Assembly (NCBI GenBank): GCA_049318805.1
Contig: JBMOFP010000005.1
Location: 960-64,959 of the forward strand
Direction: 5' to 3'
Length of the DNA: 64,000 nucleotides
Source: Bradymonadia bacterium
GTDB lineage: Bacteria; Myxococcota_A; Bradymonadia; UBA7976; UBA1532
Position 1 is the stretch's first letter. Each line of letters begins with the position of its first letter. The position numbers were made by a program, and so were the translations under genes. The notes under the pieces are model-generated. The model saw only the letters and a program-made list of their open reading frames with translations, was not told the DNA's origin and ran no database searches. This document shows positions 22,553-30,905 of this stretch, one piece after another.

Positions 22553-24769
22553 ATGAGCGCAGATCCCCTCCGCATACGCGTCAGGCCCGGACCAGGATCT
22601 CGACCGATCCGGCGTGTCGGCGTTGGACTCGCCTGGGTCTGGGCCCTCTTGGTCGCGCCCTGCGTGCTCGTCGGGTGCGAGGCCGACCGGGGGGCTTCGT
22701 CGGAGCTCTCGCGTGCCCGTCCGAACGCGGAGGTCGAGAGCGCGCGCGCCGACATCGGCGTGGCCGCGGGGGCGAACGATCCACGCACCTGGGTCGTCGA
22801 GGCGGACCTCGTCGCGGACGCCCAGCGGGCGCATGTTCGGCGGCACGGCCCCATCCTCGACCCCCGCGGCCCCGGGTGGGCGCGGGTCGCGCAGGTCGGG
22901 GAACGGGACCGATGGCTCCCGAAGCGCGGCAACGAGCCCGCGGGGCTCGCCTGGCCAGAGGGCATCTCGGCCGTGCTCAACTTCCCCGTCGGAGAAGAGG
23001 GGCCGAGGTTGAAGACGGGCTCGCTCTTCGCAAAAGGCATCGCCGCCGGCCAGCGTGTCTCGATTTTCCTCGACGAGAAGCCCATCGGCACGGTGCCGGT
23101 CCCGATGACGGGACGTCGTATCACCTTCTCCCTCCCCGAGGGCGGCCTTGCGCCCGGCGAACATCGGCTGCGTCTGTGGTTCGCGTTCACTCGATTCGTC
23201 GGGAAGCGGCGCACGCCCGGCGCCCTCGGCCCCGTCACCTTCTCGCCCGAAGCCGTGACCGAGGAGCCCCCCAAGGCGTGGACCGCGGAGCGCGGCGAGG
23301 GGCCCGAAAAGCGCGGCGCGTTGTTGGCGGGCGCGCCGGCCTCATGGACGTTCTATCTCTGGGCCCCGCCCGACGCGCGTTTCGTCGCCGACATGTTCAA
23401 CGTCGGCCCGGCGCCGCTCGAGTTCGTCGTCCGAGTCCAGCAGGACGGTGAAACCGCGGAGCGCCTGGGCGCGACGCGCGTCGAGCCGGGCGGGGAGGGG
23501 CAGCTGGAGCTCCCGCTCGGTCGATTCTCGGGGCAGCCCCTGCGGCTCGTCCTGGAGACGACGGGGGAGACCGCGCCCCTGGAGACCGCCGGGTGGCTCG
23601 GGGCCCGGGTCGAGGCTCTTCAACGGGGCGTGGACCCGCTCCCGCCCGTCCGGAACGTCGTCGTGTGGACCGTCGACGGCCTCCGCTCCGACCGGGTCGG
23701 CCTGGGTCGGGCCGGCGAGTTCCCCGCGACACCCAACCTCGACCTTCTCCGGGCGGAGGGCGCCGCGATGGTCGACGTATGGTCGGGCGGTGCGTCCCCG
23801 GACGATGGGCACCGAAGCTTGATCGAGCCCTGGCCTGGGGCGCCGACGCTGGCGGCGGTCGCGGCGACGCGGAGTCGATTCAGCGCCTACTTCGGCACGT
23901 CCACGGGCGTCGAGCCTTCGCTGACGGGGAGCTTCACGACCGCCCAGGATCTGCGTCGCACCGGCGAACCCGACGAGACGCGGGTCATTCTGCGCGAACT
24001 GGACGCCTGGCTCGACGTCCGCAAGAAGAACCCGTTCTTCGTCTACCTCTCGAGCGCCGAGCCGCGCCGACCCCACGCGACGCCCGCGCCCGGGTACCAG
24101 CGTTTGTACGCCCGAAGGCGCGAGGCCGAGGCACCGGTCGTCGACGACGTCGACGCGGAGCGCGCCGCGGCGACCCTCCAGCGCCACGCCGAATACGACG
24201 CCCAGGTCACCGCCGCCGACTATTGGATCGGACAGCTCGTTTCGGTCCTGACACGACGCGGCGTCCTCCACGAGACCGCGATCGTCGTGGTCGGGACCGT
24301 GGGGCAGGACCTGGACACGACGGGCCTGCGGGCGGACGGCGCGAAGCTCACGCCGGACCTGCTGCGCGTGCCGGTGGTCGTTTGGCATCCGGACCGCATC
24401 GCAGACTCGCCCCGTCCCCTGGCCCGCGGCGGCACACTCGTCGACGTCGCGGGCCTCGTCGCCGAGCTCCTGGGCGCGGGTCGGCCGGAGGCCTGGCGTG
24501 CGGTCCCCCTGGGCCACACGCTCTTCGATGGTTCGGCCATGCCGCTGCGACCCGCTTCCGCACGCCTCGGTGCGCAGGTCGCCGGACGCTGGGGAGACTG
24601 GTGGCTGCACGCCTCTTCGCGTGGGGTCGTCTTATGGAATGTCGCCGACGCGGCCCGGGAACCGGCCGACGTCTCGCCCACGCACCCGATCACACTCAGG
24701 CTCCTGAGAGACGGCCTCGTCGACGCGGCCCGCCCCACGGCGGTCGTCGGCGAAGTCCGCACACGCTGA
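22553..24769 (+). CDS. Lipoprotein with degenerate sulfatase-like (alkaline phosphatase superfamily) domain
   Basis: The signal peptide and lipobox are LAWVWALLVAPCVLVGC. The central region reads NVVVWTVDGLRSDRVG…TPNLDLLRAEGAAMVD and lacks the CxPxR motif. The protein is 738 aa. Confidence 0.7.
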   Translation: MSADPLRIRVRPGPGSRPIRRVGVGLAWVWALLVAPCVLVGCEADRGASSELSRARPNAEVESARADIGVAAGANDPRTWVVEADLVADAQRAHVRRHGPILDPRGPGWARVAQVGERDRWLPKRGNEPAGLAWPEGISAVLNFPVGEEGPRLKTGSLFAKGIAAGQRVSIFLDEKPIGTVPVPMTGRRITFSLPEGGLAPGEHRLRLWFAFTRFVGKRRTPGALGPVTFSPEAVTEEPPKAWTAERGEGPEKRGALLAGAPASWTFYLWAPPDARFVADMFNVGPAPLEFVVRVQQDGETAERLGATRVEPGGEGQLELPLGRFSGQPLRLVLETTGETAPLETAGWLGARVEALQRGVDPLPPVRNVVVWTVDGLRSDRVGLGRAGEFPATPNLDLLRAEGAAMVDVWSGGASPDDGHRSLIEPWPGAPTLAAVAATRSRFSAYFGTSTGVEPSLTGSFTTAQDLRRTGEPDETRVILRELDAWLDVRKKNPFFVYLSSAEPRRPHATPAPGYQRLYARRREAEAPVVDDVDAERAAATLQRHAEYDAQVTAADYWIGQLVSVLTRRGVLHETAIVVVGTVGQDLDTTGLRADGAKLTPDLLRVPVVVWHPDRIADSPRPLARGGTLVDVAGLVAELLGAGRPEAWRAVPLGHTLFDGSAMPLRPASARLGAQVAGRWGDWWLHASSRGVVLWNVADAAREPADVSPTHPITLRLLRDGLVDAARPTAVVGEVRTR

Positions 24770-24784
24770 TCGCCTGCGACGAGG

Positions 24785-24813
24785 CTTGACAAGCCCCTAC
24801 TCGATCTCTAGGG
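24785..24813 (+). promoter_or_regulatory. Putative sigma-70 promoter of the rpsP operon (TTGACA-17-TAGGGT)
   Basis: A perfect -35 hexamer lies 60 bp upstream of the rpsP ATG, with a 17-nt spacer. Confidence 0.4.
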
Positions 24814-24849
24814 TGCGGCGTCCTCGCTCAACCTGAGAGTAGATCGTCC

Positions 24850-25110
24850 ATGGCCGTCACCATTCGATTGCAGCGCTTCGGGGCTCGCAAGAGCCCGTTC
24901 TACCGCATCGTCGCGACCGATTCGCGCAACAAGCGCGACGGTGAGTTCCTCGAACTCCTCGGTACGTACGATCCCCTCAAGAAGCCGGCCGCCGTTCAGC
25001 TCAAGTCGGAGCGGATTGCTTACTGGCAGAACGTGGGCGCTCAGACCAGCGACACCGTCGCCAGTCTGCTTCGGCGCCACGCCCGCACCGCCCCCGCGGT
25101 CGGGAACTGA
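24850..25110 (+). CDS. rpsP: 30S ribosomal protein S16
   Basis: The translation begins MAVTIRLQRFGARKSPFYRIVATDSRNKRDGEFLE. Confidence 0.95.
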   Translation: MAVTIRLQRFGARKSPFYRIVATDSRNKRDGEFLELLGTYDPLKKPAAVQLKSERIAYWQNVGAQTSDTVASLLRRHARTAPAVGN

Positions 25111-25118
25111 GGTCGACC

Positions 25119-25367
25119 GTGCGCGCTGAACGCGTCCCTGCCGACGAGCTGGTCCACTTCATCGTCTCCTCCATCGTCGACGACGTCGACGCGGTCGAGG
25201 TCGAGGTGACCGAGGGCCGACTGGGCCCGACCTTGGCGATTCGTGTCGCCGAGGGGGACCGGGGCATCGTCGTCGGCCGTCAGGGCCGCACGATCAAGTC
25301 GATCGAGCACATCGTGCGATTGGCGTGGGGCGCACAAACGCCCGCGCTCGATGTGGCCTCGGGTTGA
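25119..25367 (+). CDS. KH-domain RNA-binding protein (YlqC/UPF0109 family)
   Basis: The protein has a GxxG KH motif (VVGRQGRTIKSIEHIV) and sits in the conserved position between rpsP and rimM. Confidence 0.8.
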   Translation: MRAERVPADELVHFIVSSIVDDVDAVEVEVTEGRLGPTLAIRVAEGDRGIVVGRQGRTIKSIEHIVRLAWGAQTPALDVASG

Positions 25368-25372
25368 GTTCG

Positions 25373-25885
25373 CGCGTCGAGCTCGGGCGTCTCGGGCGAC
25401 CCCATGGGGTGCGCGGAGAGGTCCGGCTCTGGGTGCACAATTCGGAAACGTCGCTGCTCACTGCAGGTCGGGCCTTGAGCCTCGGACCCGAAGGTGAAAC
25501 GCCGACGACCTTCGAGATCGAGCGGGTGCGGCGAGATCCTCAGGGCTTTGTTGTGAAGCTGAGAGGCATCGACGACCGAGACGCGGCGGGTTCTTTGAAC
25601 GGCATGGTTTGGACGGATATACGGGCCAGTTTTGGGCGGCCCGCGCCGGGCGAGTACTACCACGTCGATTTGCTCGACGCGGACGCGCTCGATGAGGCGG
25701 GCCAACGACTCGGCCGAATCACGGACCTCTTCTCGACGCCGGCCTCGGACGTCCTGGTCGTCGACGTCGACGGCCGTGAACTCCTGGTCCCGTTCGTGGA
25801 GGCCTACATCGCCGGACCCGGGCCAGAAGGCCGCGGGGTTCGGTTGCGTAACCTCGAGGCGCTCCTCTCGCCGGTCGAGGCGTGA
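25373..25885 (+). CDS. rimM: Ribosome maturation factor RimM
   Basis: The N-terminus reads GRLGRPHGVRGEVRLWV and a PRC-barrel follows at the C-terminus. The TTG start at 25373 is tentative; the ORF is open from 25325. Confidence 0.8.
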   Translation, partial: RVELGRLGRPHGVRGEVRLWVHNSETSLLTAGRALSLGPEGETPTTFEIERVRRDPQGFVVKLRGIDDRDAAGSLNGMVWTDIRASFGRPAPGEYYHVDLLDADALDEAGQRLGRITDLFSTPASDVLVVDVDGRELLVPFVEAYIAGPGPEGRGVRLRNLEALLSPVEA

Positions 25886-25892
25886 GCTTGCG

Positions 25893-26666
25893 ATGCGGCT
25901 CGTCGTCGTCACTCTCTTTCCGGGGCTGATCGAGAGCTACCTCAGCCAGGGCATCGTCGGTCGTGCGGCCCAGCGGGGGCTCTTCACGACGGAGCTGGTC
26001 GATCCGCGTCTCTTCACCGAAGACCGCCATCGAACGGTGGATGACGTGCCCTTCGGGGGCGGCGCGGGCATGGTCATGAAGGCGGAGCCCCTGGCGCGCG
26101 CCATCGAGTCGGTCGAGCCCGTTGCACGGCGCATCCTGCTGACGCCGACCGGCGCCCCCTTCCGGCAGGTCGACGCGGAGCGGCTCTCACGGCTCGATTC
26201 GGTCCTCTTCGTCTGTGGGCGATACGAGGGCATCGACGGTCGAGTGGTCGAGCAGCTGATCGACGAAGAGGTGTCGATCGGCGACTTCGTCGTCTCCGGG
26301 GGTGAGCTCGGCGCGTTGGTCGTGATGGACGCCCTCGTGCGGCTGCTCCCGGGCGCGCTCGGGAACGAAGACTCCGCCGTCCACGAGACCTTCACGAGCG
26401 GCCTGTTGGAGCACGCGCACTACACCCGCCCGGCGGTTTGGCGCGGGCACGCGGTGCCCGAGGTCCTTTTGAGTGGTCACCATGCCGAGATCGAGCGATG
26501 GCGTCGCCGCGAGTCCTTGAGACTCACGGCCGCTCGCCGGCCCGATCTGTTGAGTCGAGTTTTATTGTCTGGCGAGGAGCGTCGATACGTCGACGCCCTC
26601 CTGAAGCGTGAGGAGTCGAACGATGAACGCCCTGATGGCGGTCGAGAACCGTCTGCTGCGGAGTGA
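25893..26666 (+). CDS. trmD: tRNA (guanine37-N1)-methyltransferase
   Basis: The translation [25 protein letters not shown]…[15 protein letters not shown]…[11 protein letters not shown] is TrmD-like. Confidence 0.92.
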   Translation: MRLVVVTLFPGLIESYLSQGIVGRAAQRGLFTTELVDPRLFTEDRHRTVDDVPFGGGAGMVMKAEPLARAIESVEPVARRILLTPTGAPFRQVDAERLSRLDSVLFVCGRYEGIDGRVVEQLIDEEVSIGDFVVSGGELGALVVMDALVRLLPGALGNEDSAVHETFTSGLLEHAHYTRPAVWRGHAVPEVLLSGHHAEIERWRRRESLRLTAARRPDLLSRVLLSGEERRYVDALLKREESNDERPDGGREPSAAE

Positions 26667-26961
26667 CCTGCCGCCCTTCCGATCCGGTGATACGGTGCGG
26701 GTCCATGTGAAGATCAAAGAAGGCGAGAAGGAGCGCGTGCAGGCCTTCGAAGGCGTCTGCATTCGTCGCCACGGCGACGGTGTGCGGGCGACCTTCACGG
26801 TGCGCAAGGTGAGCTTCGGCATCGGCGTGGAGCGCATCTTCGCCCTGAACAGCCCGACCATCGAGCGCATCGACATCGTGCAGGCCGGTCGCGTCCGGCA
26901 GGCGCGCATCTACTACCTGCGCAACCTGGCCGGCAAGGCCGCCCGCATCAAGCCTCGCTGA
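26623..26961 (+). CDS. rplS: 50S ribosomal protein L19
   Basis: The translation begins [52 protein letters not shown] ribosome-binding site is present. The gene overlaps the 3' end of trmD. Confidence 0.92.
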   Translation: MNALMAVENRLLRSDLPPFRSGDTVRVHVKIKEGEKERVQAFEGVCIRRHGDGVRATFTVRKVSFGIGVERIFALNSPTIERIDIVQAGRVRQARIYYLRNLAGKAARIKPR

Positions 26962-26972
26962 ACGAGCGCGGT

Positions 26973-28115
26973 GTGCCGGGCCCAGTCGTGCTGCGCGAGC
27001 TCGCGCTCCGCTCGGCTCAGGGCGCGTACCGGGTCTCTCTAGACACCCCCCGCGCGTGCGTCGGTTGCCCTCCGGGCCTGGCGCCCCGCGCGGTCGCGGA
27101 CTGCTTCGCCGCGCTGCTCTTCGGCGCCGAGCACTTCCCTGGGGCCGGTCGCTTCGGCATTCGAGCCGCCGCACTGGGCTTCGAGGCCAACGGCGTCGGC
27201 TACCGGCTGACGCTCGACGTGCAAACGGGCCTGCGCGCCCTCTACGGGGTCGCCGACAGCACAGCCCTGGCGGACTCCTCCAACGGCGCCCTCGCTCAGA
27301 TGCTCTCGGGGCTGATCAATCTCCCCAGCCCTCTGTTCTATGCGCCGTTCCTGCTCCGGGACGCGCCCGCGGACGAACGGCCGGACGCCGGAGCGACCAA
27401 GCCGAGAGATCCGGCGCGGGTCCGGGCCGAGATCGACGCCGCCCGCGCTCGGGTCGAAGCGCTCAAGGCGGAGCGCGCCGCGCTCGTCATGCCTCGGTCC
27501 GCACGCCGAGATCCGGTCGTGCTCACGGCCCTTGGACTCTCGGCGGCGGCGTGGCTCGCGGCCTGGGCGGGCCCGCCCGCTGCTCGCCACCTTGGGTGGC
27601 TCTTGGTCCCGCTGGCCGGTCTCGGGTGGGCGCGGGGCTGGAAGCAGGCCCAGGCTCGAGAGCGTCTCGCCGCGCTCGGTCGTGCCCTCGACGAGGCCGA
27701 GGCCGCGCTGCGCGTGCGGAGTCGCCCGTCGACCACGGGCCAGCTCCCTGTCGTCTCACCGACAGCCGCGGGCGTCGATCCGGCGGCGGTCGCCCGATGG
27801 ACCTCGGAGTTGACGCAGCGCGTCGAGGACTTCGTGGGGGAGGCGCCCGACGCGGGCATCGTCTCCAGGCTCGAGGCCGCGCTCGGTGGGCGAGGCACCA
27901 CGGGCACACGAGCCGCGGCGCTCGTACTCGGTGGATTCACCGCGCGGAGCAAGACGCCGCCCCTCTTCTGGGTCGCCGAGGATGCGCTCGCGCCGCTGAC
28001 CTGGCGAGGGCTCGAGGCGGTGCTCGACGGGCGCGTCCTCCTCGTCGTTTTCGGACCCGCGGGGTGGACCGGCGCGTTGCCCTTTGTGGCCGCGCCTCGA
28101 GACGACGAGCGATGA
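26973..28115 (+). CDS. Hypothetical protein (380 aa) with a central transmembrane segment and coiled-coil
   Basis: The gene starts with GTG and sits between rplS and yraN, where rnhB is usually found. It has no RNase HII motifs. Its stop overlaps the yraN start (ATGA). Confidence 0.55.
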   Translation: MPGPVVLRELALRSAQGAYRVSLDTPRACVGCPPGLAPRAVADCFAALLFGAEHFPGAGRFGIRAAALGFEANGVGYRLTLDVQTGLRALYGVADSTALADSSNGALAQMLSGLINLPSPLFYAPFLLRDAPADERPDAGATKPRDPARVRAEIDAARARVEALKAERAALVMPRSARRDPVVLTALGLSAAAWLAAWAGPPAARHLGWLLVPLAGLGWARGWKQAQARERLAALGRALDEAEAALRVRSRPSTTGQLPVVSPTAAGVDPAAVARWTSELTQRVEDFVGEAPDAGIVSRLEAALGGRGTTGTRAAALVLGGFTARSKTPPLFWVAEDALAPLTWRGLEAVLDGRVLLVVFGPAGWTGALPFVAAPRDDER

Positions 28116-28519
28116 GCGAGAAGGGCGAAGGCCAGACGAACGCGCGGCTCGCCGGCCGCGCGGCGACCGGCGCCCTGGGCGAAAAAGCGGTGGCCGAGCG
28201 GCTCGAGGCCGACGGCTACCGCATCATCGACCGCAACTGGCGGTGCCCCGTCGGAGAGCTCGACATCGTGGCGACCCGCGACGACCTGCTGGTCATCGTC
28301 GAGGTCCGCACGGTCACCAGCGACTTCCTCGAGACGCCCTTGCTGAGCGTCAATCCGGCCAAACAGGGGCGCATCGGACGGGCGACCGACCTCTGGTTGC
28401 GGTCCCACGGCGCGGTCCCTGAGCGTGTACGGTTCGACGTCGCGGGGGTCAAACTCTCGCCCGTAGGCGTCGAGATCGATTACGTGGAGAACGCGTTCGT
28501 GCCGTGGTACGCGTGGTGA
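28112..28519 (+). CDS. yraN: YraN-family (UPF0102) putative endonuclease
   Basis: The translation GEKAVAERLEADGYRIIDRNWRCPVGELDIVA…LVIVEVRT is YraN-like. Confidence 0.85.
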   Translation: MSEKGEGQTNARLAGRAATGALGEKAVAERLEADGYRIIDRNWRCPVGELDIVATRDDLLVIVEVRTVTSDFLETPLLSVNPAKQGRIGRATDLWLRSHGAVPERVRFDVAGVKLSPVGVEIDYVENAFVPWYAW

Positions 28520-28546
28520 CGGACTCCGGGGATGCCGCCTCGCCGG

Positions 28547-28984
28547 TCAGTTGTTCGTGTCGCCCTTGCGGACGCAGTAACACTCGGGCGTGAAACCCGT
28601 CTCAGGATCGGGCTTGCAGGCGGTGTCGTTCGTATTGTCGCCGCAGCTCCCCAGAATCGGGCAGCAGAGGGCCGAACCCTCGCACTCGTCATTCGCCGAG
28701 CAGGGCTCGCTGCAGAATGGACTCGAGCCCCGATACACGAGGCAGGTGCGCGTCTCGCAGCCGGCGTAGTTGTTGACGGCGCACGACGCCTTGGACTCGA
28801 GACGCGGCTCGGTCGCGCTCGCATCCTGGTCGGATTCGGGCGTGGCGGGGTTACATGCGTTGCGGAACGTCGGGCTCTTCGGCAGCTTGCAAGGTTGCCC
28901 GAAGCCCGTATCGCACCCGGCGAAGCCCACGAACACGAAGGCCATGAGGCCCACGCGAACGAAGGTCGAAGTCTCGCGCTCCAT
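28547..28984 (-). CDS. Small Cys-rich secreted lipoprotein (145 aa, about 16 Cys)
   Basis: The signal peptide and lipobox are MAFVFVGFAGC. The mature part is rich in Cys, Asn, Thr and Pro (…CKLPKSPTFRNACNPATPE…CETRTCLVYRGSSPFCSEPCSANDECEGSALCCPILGSCGDN…ECYCV). Confidence 0.6.
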   Translation of the reverse strand: MERETSTFVRVGLMAFVFVGFAGCDTGFGQPCKLPKSPTFRNACNPATPESDQDASATEPRLESKASCAVNNYAGCETRTCLVYRGSSPFCSEPCSANDECEGSALCCPILGSCGDNTNDTACKPDPETGFTPECYCVRKGDTNN

Positions 28985-29206
28985 GCACTCTCGCTTTCTT
29001 CGGCCAGCTCGGAGCTCCGCCGCTGCGCACTCGGCACGCGCCTGCCCCGCTCGGAGGCGAGGATACTAGCCCTGAGCCGGATGAAGTCAATGCCCAAACG
29101 GACGGACGAGCGGGGGCGAGCCCCCGATTCATCGTCTGCGGATCTCGAAACGGTTCCCCGCGGCCGAAGAGCGTGTCCGAGGCTGGTCGGCGCCGCGGAA
29201 ATTCCT

Positions 29207-29234
29207 TTGCTTTGCTCGAGGCCGCTCTTATAAC
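29207..29234 (+). promoter_or_regulatory. Putative sigma-70-like promoter upstream of the Glt-like gene block (TTGCTT-16-TATAAC)
   Basis: An AT-rich island lies about 100 bp upstream of the ATG at 29337, which has a GGAGGA ribosome-binding site. Confidence 0.3.
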
Positions 29235-29336
29235 AGGCCGTCATTGTCGCCCCCAATCCCAGCGCGCTCTTGCGGGCCGACGGGAACCGGGGACGCTCTC
29301 GACGGTCTCTATCAGTGGAGCGGACGGAGGAATCGG

Positions 29337-30905
29337 ATGCGCTCGATGCTGCTGACCCTGGTCGTGACCGGCCTGCTGGCCGCTCCGATGACGGCCCGGG
29401 CGGCCGACGACTCAATGGACTTCGCGCCCGTGAGCGTCGAAGGCGACAAGGAAGCTGCGGGTGAGCTCGAAGAGGCGCTCGCGGCGTACAAGAAGAAGGA
29501 CTGGCTTCGCGCCAGCCTGATTCTGCACCGGGTCGTCTCGCGCAACGAGGTGGCCGTCACGCCCATCGAGCAGAAGGCGGAGTACTCGCTCGGCAAGACC
29601 CTCTACCGACTCGGTCTGTTCCAGGCCTCCCTGAACTTCTTCGACCGTGTGGTCCAGGCGGGTTCCGAGCACCGCTACTTCAAGGCGACCTGCAAGTGGC
29701 TCTACTACTTGTCTCGCAAGCTCTCCGGGGATCCGGGGCTCCTCGAGAAGATCGCGAAGTTCAAGCCCGAGGACTGCCCGGTCGACTTCCGCGCCGAGAT
29801 GGCCTACCTGCTCGGGCAGTACCACTACAAGAAGGGCTCGATGCCCCAAGCGCTCGAGGCGCTGGCCAAGGTCACGCCGGAGTCGCGGTACTACCCGAAG
29901 GCCAAGTATCTCCAGGGCATCGCCTACGTTCGCCAGGAAGAGCCGAAGCCCGCGGTCGAGGCCTTCAAGGACCTTCTCCGGGCGACTGCCGAGTCGAACA
30001 ATCCGAGCGAAGACCTCAAGTATTTCAACCAGTTGGCGGTCCTGAGCATGGCTCGGGTGTTCTACAGCACCGGGCAGTTCCGGCAGGCGGTCAAGTACTA
30101 CGACCAGATCCCGCTCGACAGCGTGTTGTGGCTGGACGGCCTCTTCGAGGCGAGCTGGTCCTTCTTCCGGCTCAACAACCACGAGAAGGCGCTGGGCAAC
30201 CTTCACACGTTGAACTCGCCGTTCTTCTCGGACGAGTACTTCCCCGAGGCGCCCATCCTCGCGGCGGTCATCTTCTATTCGAACTGCAACTACGAGAAGA
30301 CCCGGAACACGATCAACGACTTCCGAGCCACGTTCGAGCCGCTCCGCGACGAGATCAAGGGCTACCTGGAGTCGTACTCGGACCCGACGGAGCTCTACGG
30401 ATTCCTGAGCCGGCTCCAGAGCTCCGAGAAGGCGCTGTCCCCGCGCGTCGGTCAGATCTTGAACGCCGCCTTCCAGGACCAGCAGCTCAAGCGCATCGCG
30501 GCCTACGTCAAGGAGCTCGACCGCGAGGTCGACCTCATCCGGCGCTCGAAGTCGAGCTGGTCGCAGAGCGAGCTCGCGAAGCTCATCGTGCAGGAGATCG
30601 AGGTCATCAAGTCCCTCGCCCAGCATGAGGCCGGCGGCCTCGCCAAGGCGCGTCTCCAGCGTGTCACCAACGAACTCAACGAGCTCGTCAGTCAGTCGCT
30701 GAAGGTCGAGTTCGAGGTGAACACGGCCGAGAAGGGCATCGTCGAGAACCGGCTCCAGGGGGCGGGTTTCGAGAACAAGTCCGGGGCCAAGGGACCGGTC
30801 TACGCCACCGACGACGAGCACGTGTACTGGCCCTTCACCGGGGAGTACTGGCGCGACGAGCTGGGTTACTACCTGTACACGATCAAGTCGGAGTGCGGTC
30901 GATGA
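29337..30905 (+). CDS. Secreted TPR-repeat protein (522 aa)
   Basis: The signal peptide is MRSMLLTLVVTGLLAAPMTARA and TPR-like helical repeats follow. The stop overlaps the next gene's ATG (ATGA). Confidence 0.8.
   Translation: MRSMLLTLVVTGLLAAPMTARAADDSMDFAPVSVEGDKEAAGELEEALAAYKKKDWLRASLILHRVVSRNEVAVTPIEQKAEYSLGKTLYRLGLFQASLNFFDRVVQAGSEHRYFKATCKWLYYLSRKLSGDPGLLEKIAKFKPEDCPVDFRAEMAYLLGQYHYKKGSMPQALEALAKVTPESRYYPKAKYLQGIAYVRQEEPKPAVEAFKDLLRATAESNNPSEDLKYFNQLAVLSMARVFYSTGQFRQAVKYYDQIPLDSVLWLDGLFEASWSFFRLNNHEKALGNLHTLNSPFFSDEYFPEAPILAAVIFYSNCNYEKTRNTINDFRATFEPLRDEIKGYLESYSDPTELYGFLSRLQSSEKALSPRVGQILNAAFQDQQLKRIAAYVKELDREVDLIRRSKSSWSQSELAKLIVQEIEVIKSLAQHEAGGLAKARLQRVTNELNELVSQSLKVEFEVNTAEKGIVENRLQGAGFENKSGAKGPVYATDDEHVYWPFTGEYWRDELGYYLYTIKSECGR

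Noticed and set aside
26973-28115. Annotating the post-rplS gene as rnhB (RNase HII) by position
   Set aside because: The catalytic signature of RNase HII (the N-terminal DEAGRG-type motif and the DSK/DE residues) is absent, and the protein has a transmembrane segment. Positional inference alone would be wrong.
29030-29046. CGGCACGCGCCTGCC, a near-match to the sigma-54 -24/-12 element upstream of the Glt-like block
   Set aside because: Both conserved hexamers are imperfect (CGGCAC, TGCC). The element lies about 290 bp from the first ATG. Without an associated UAS or EBP evidence I regard it as weak.
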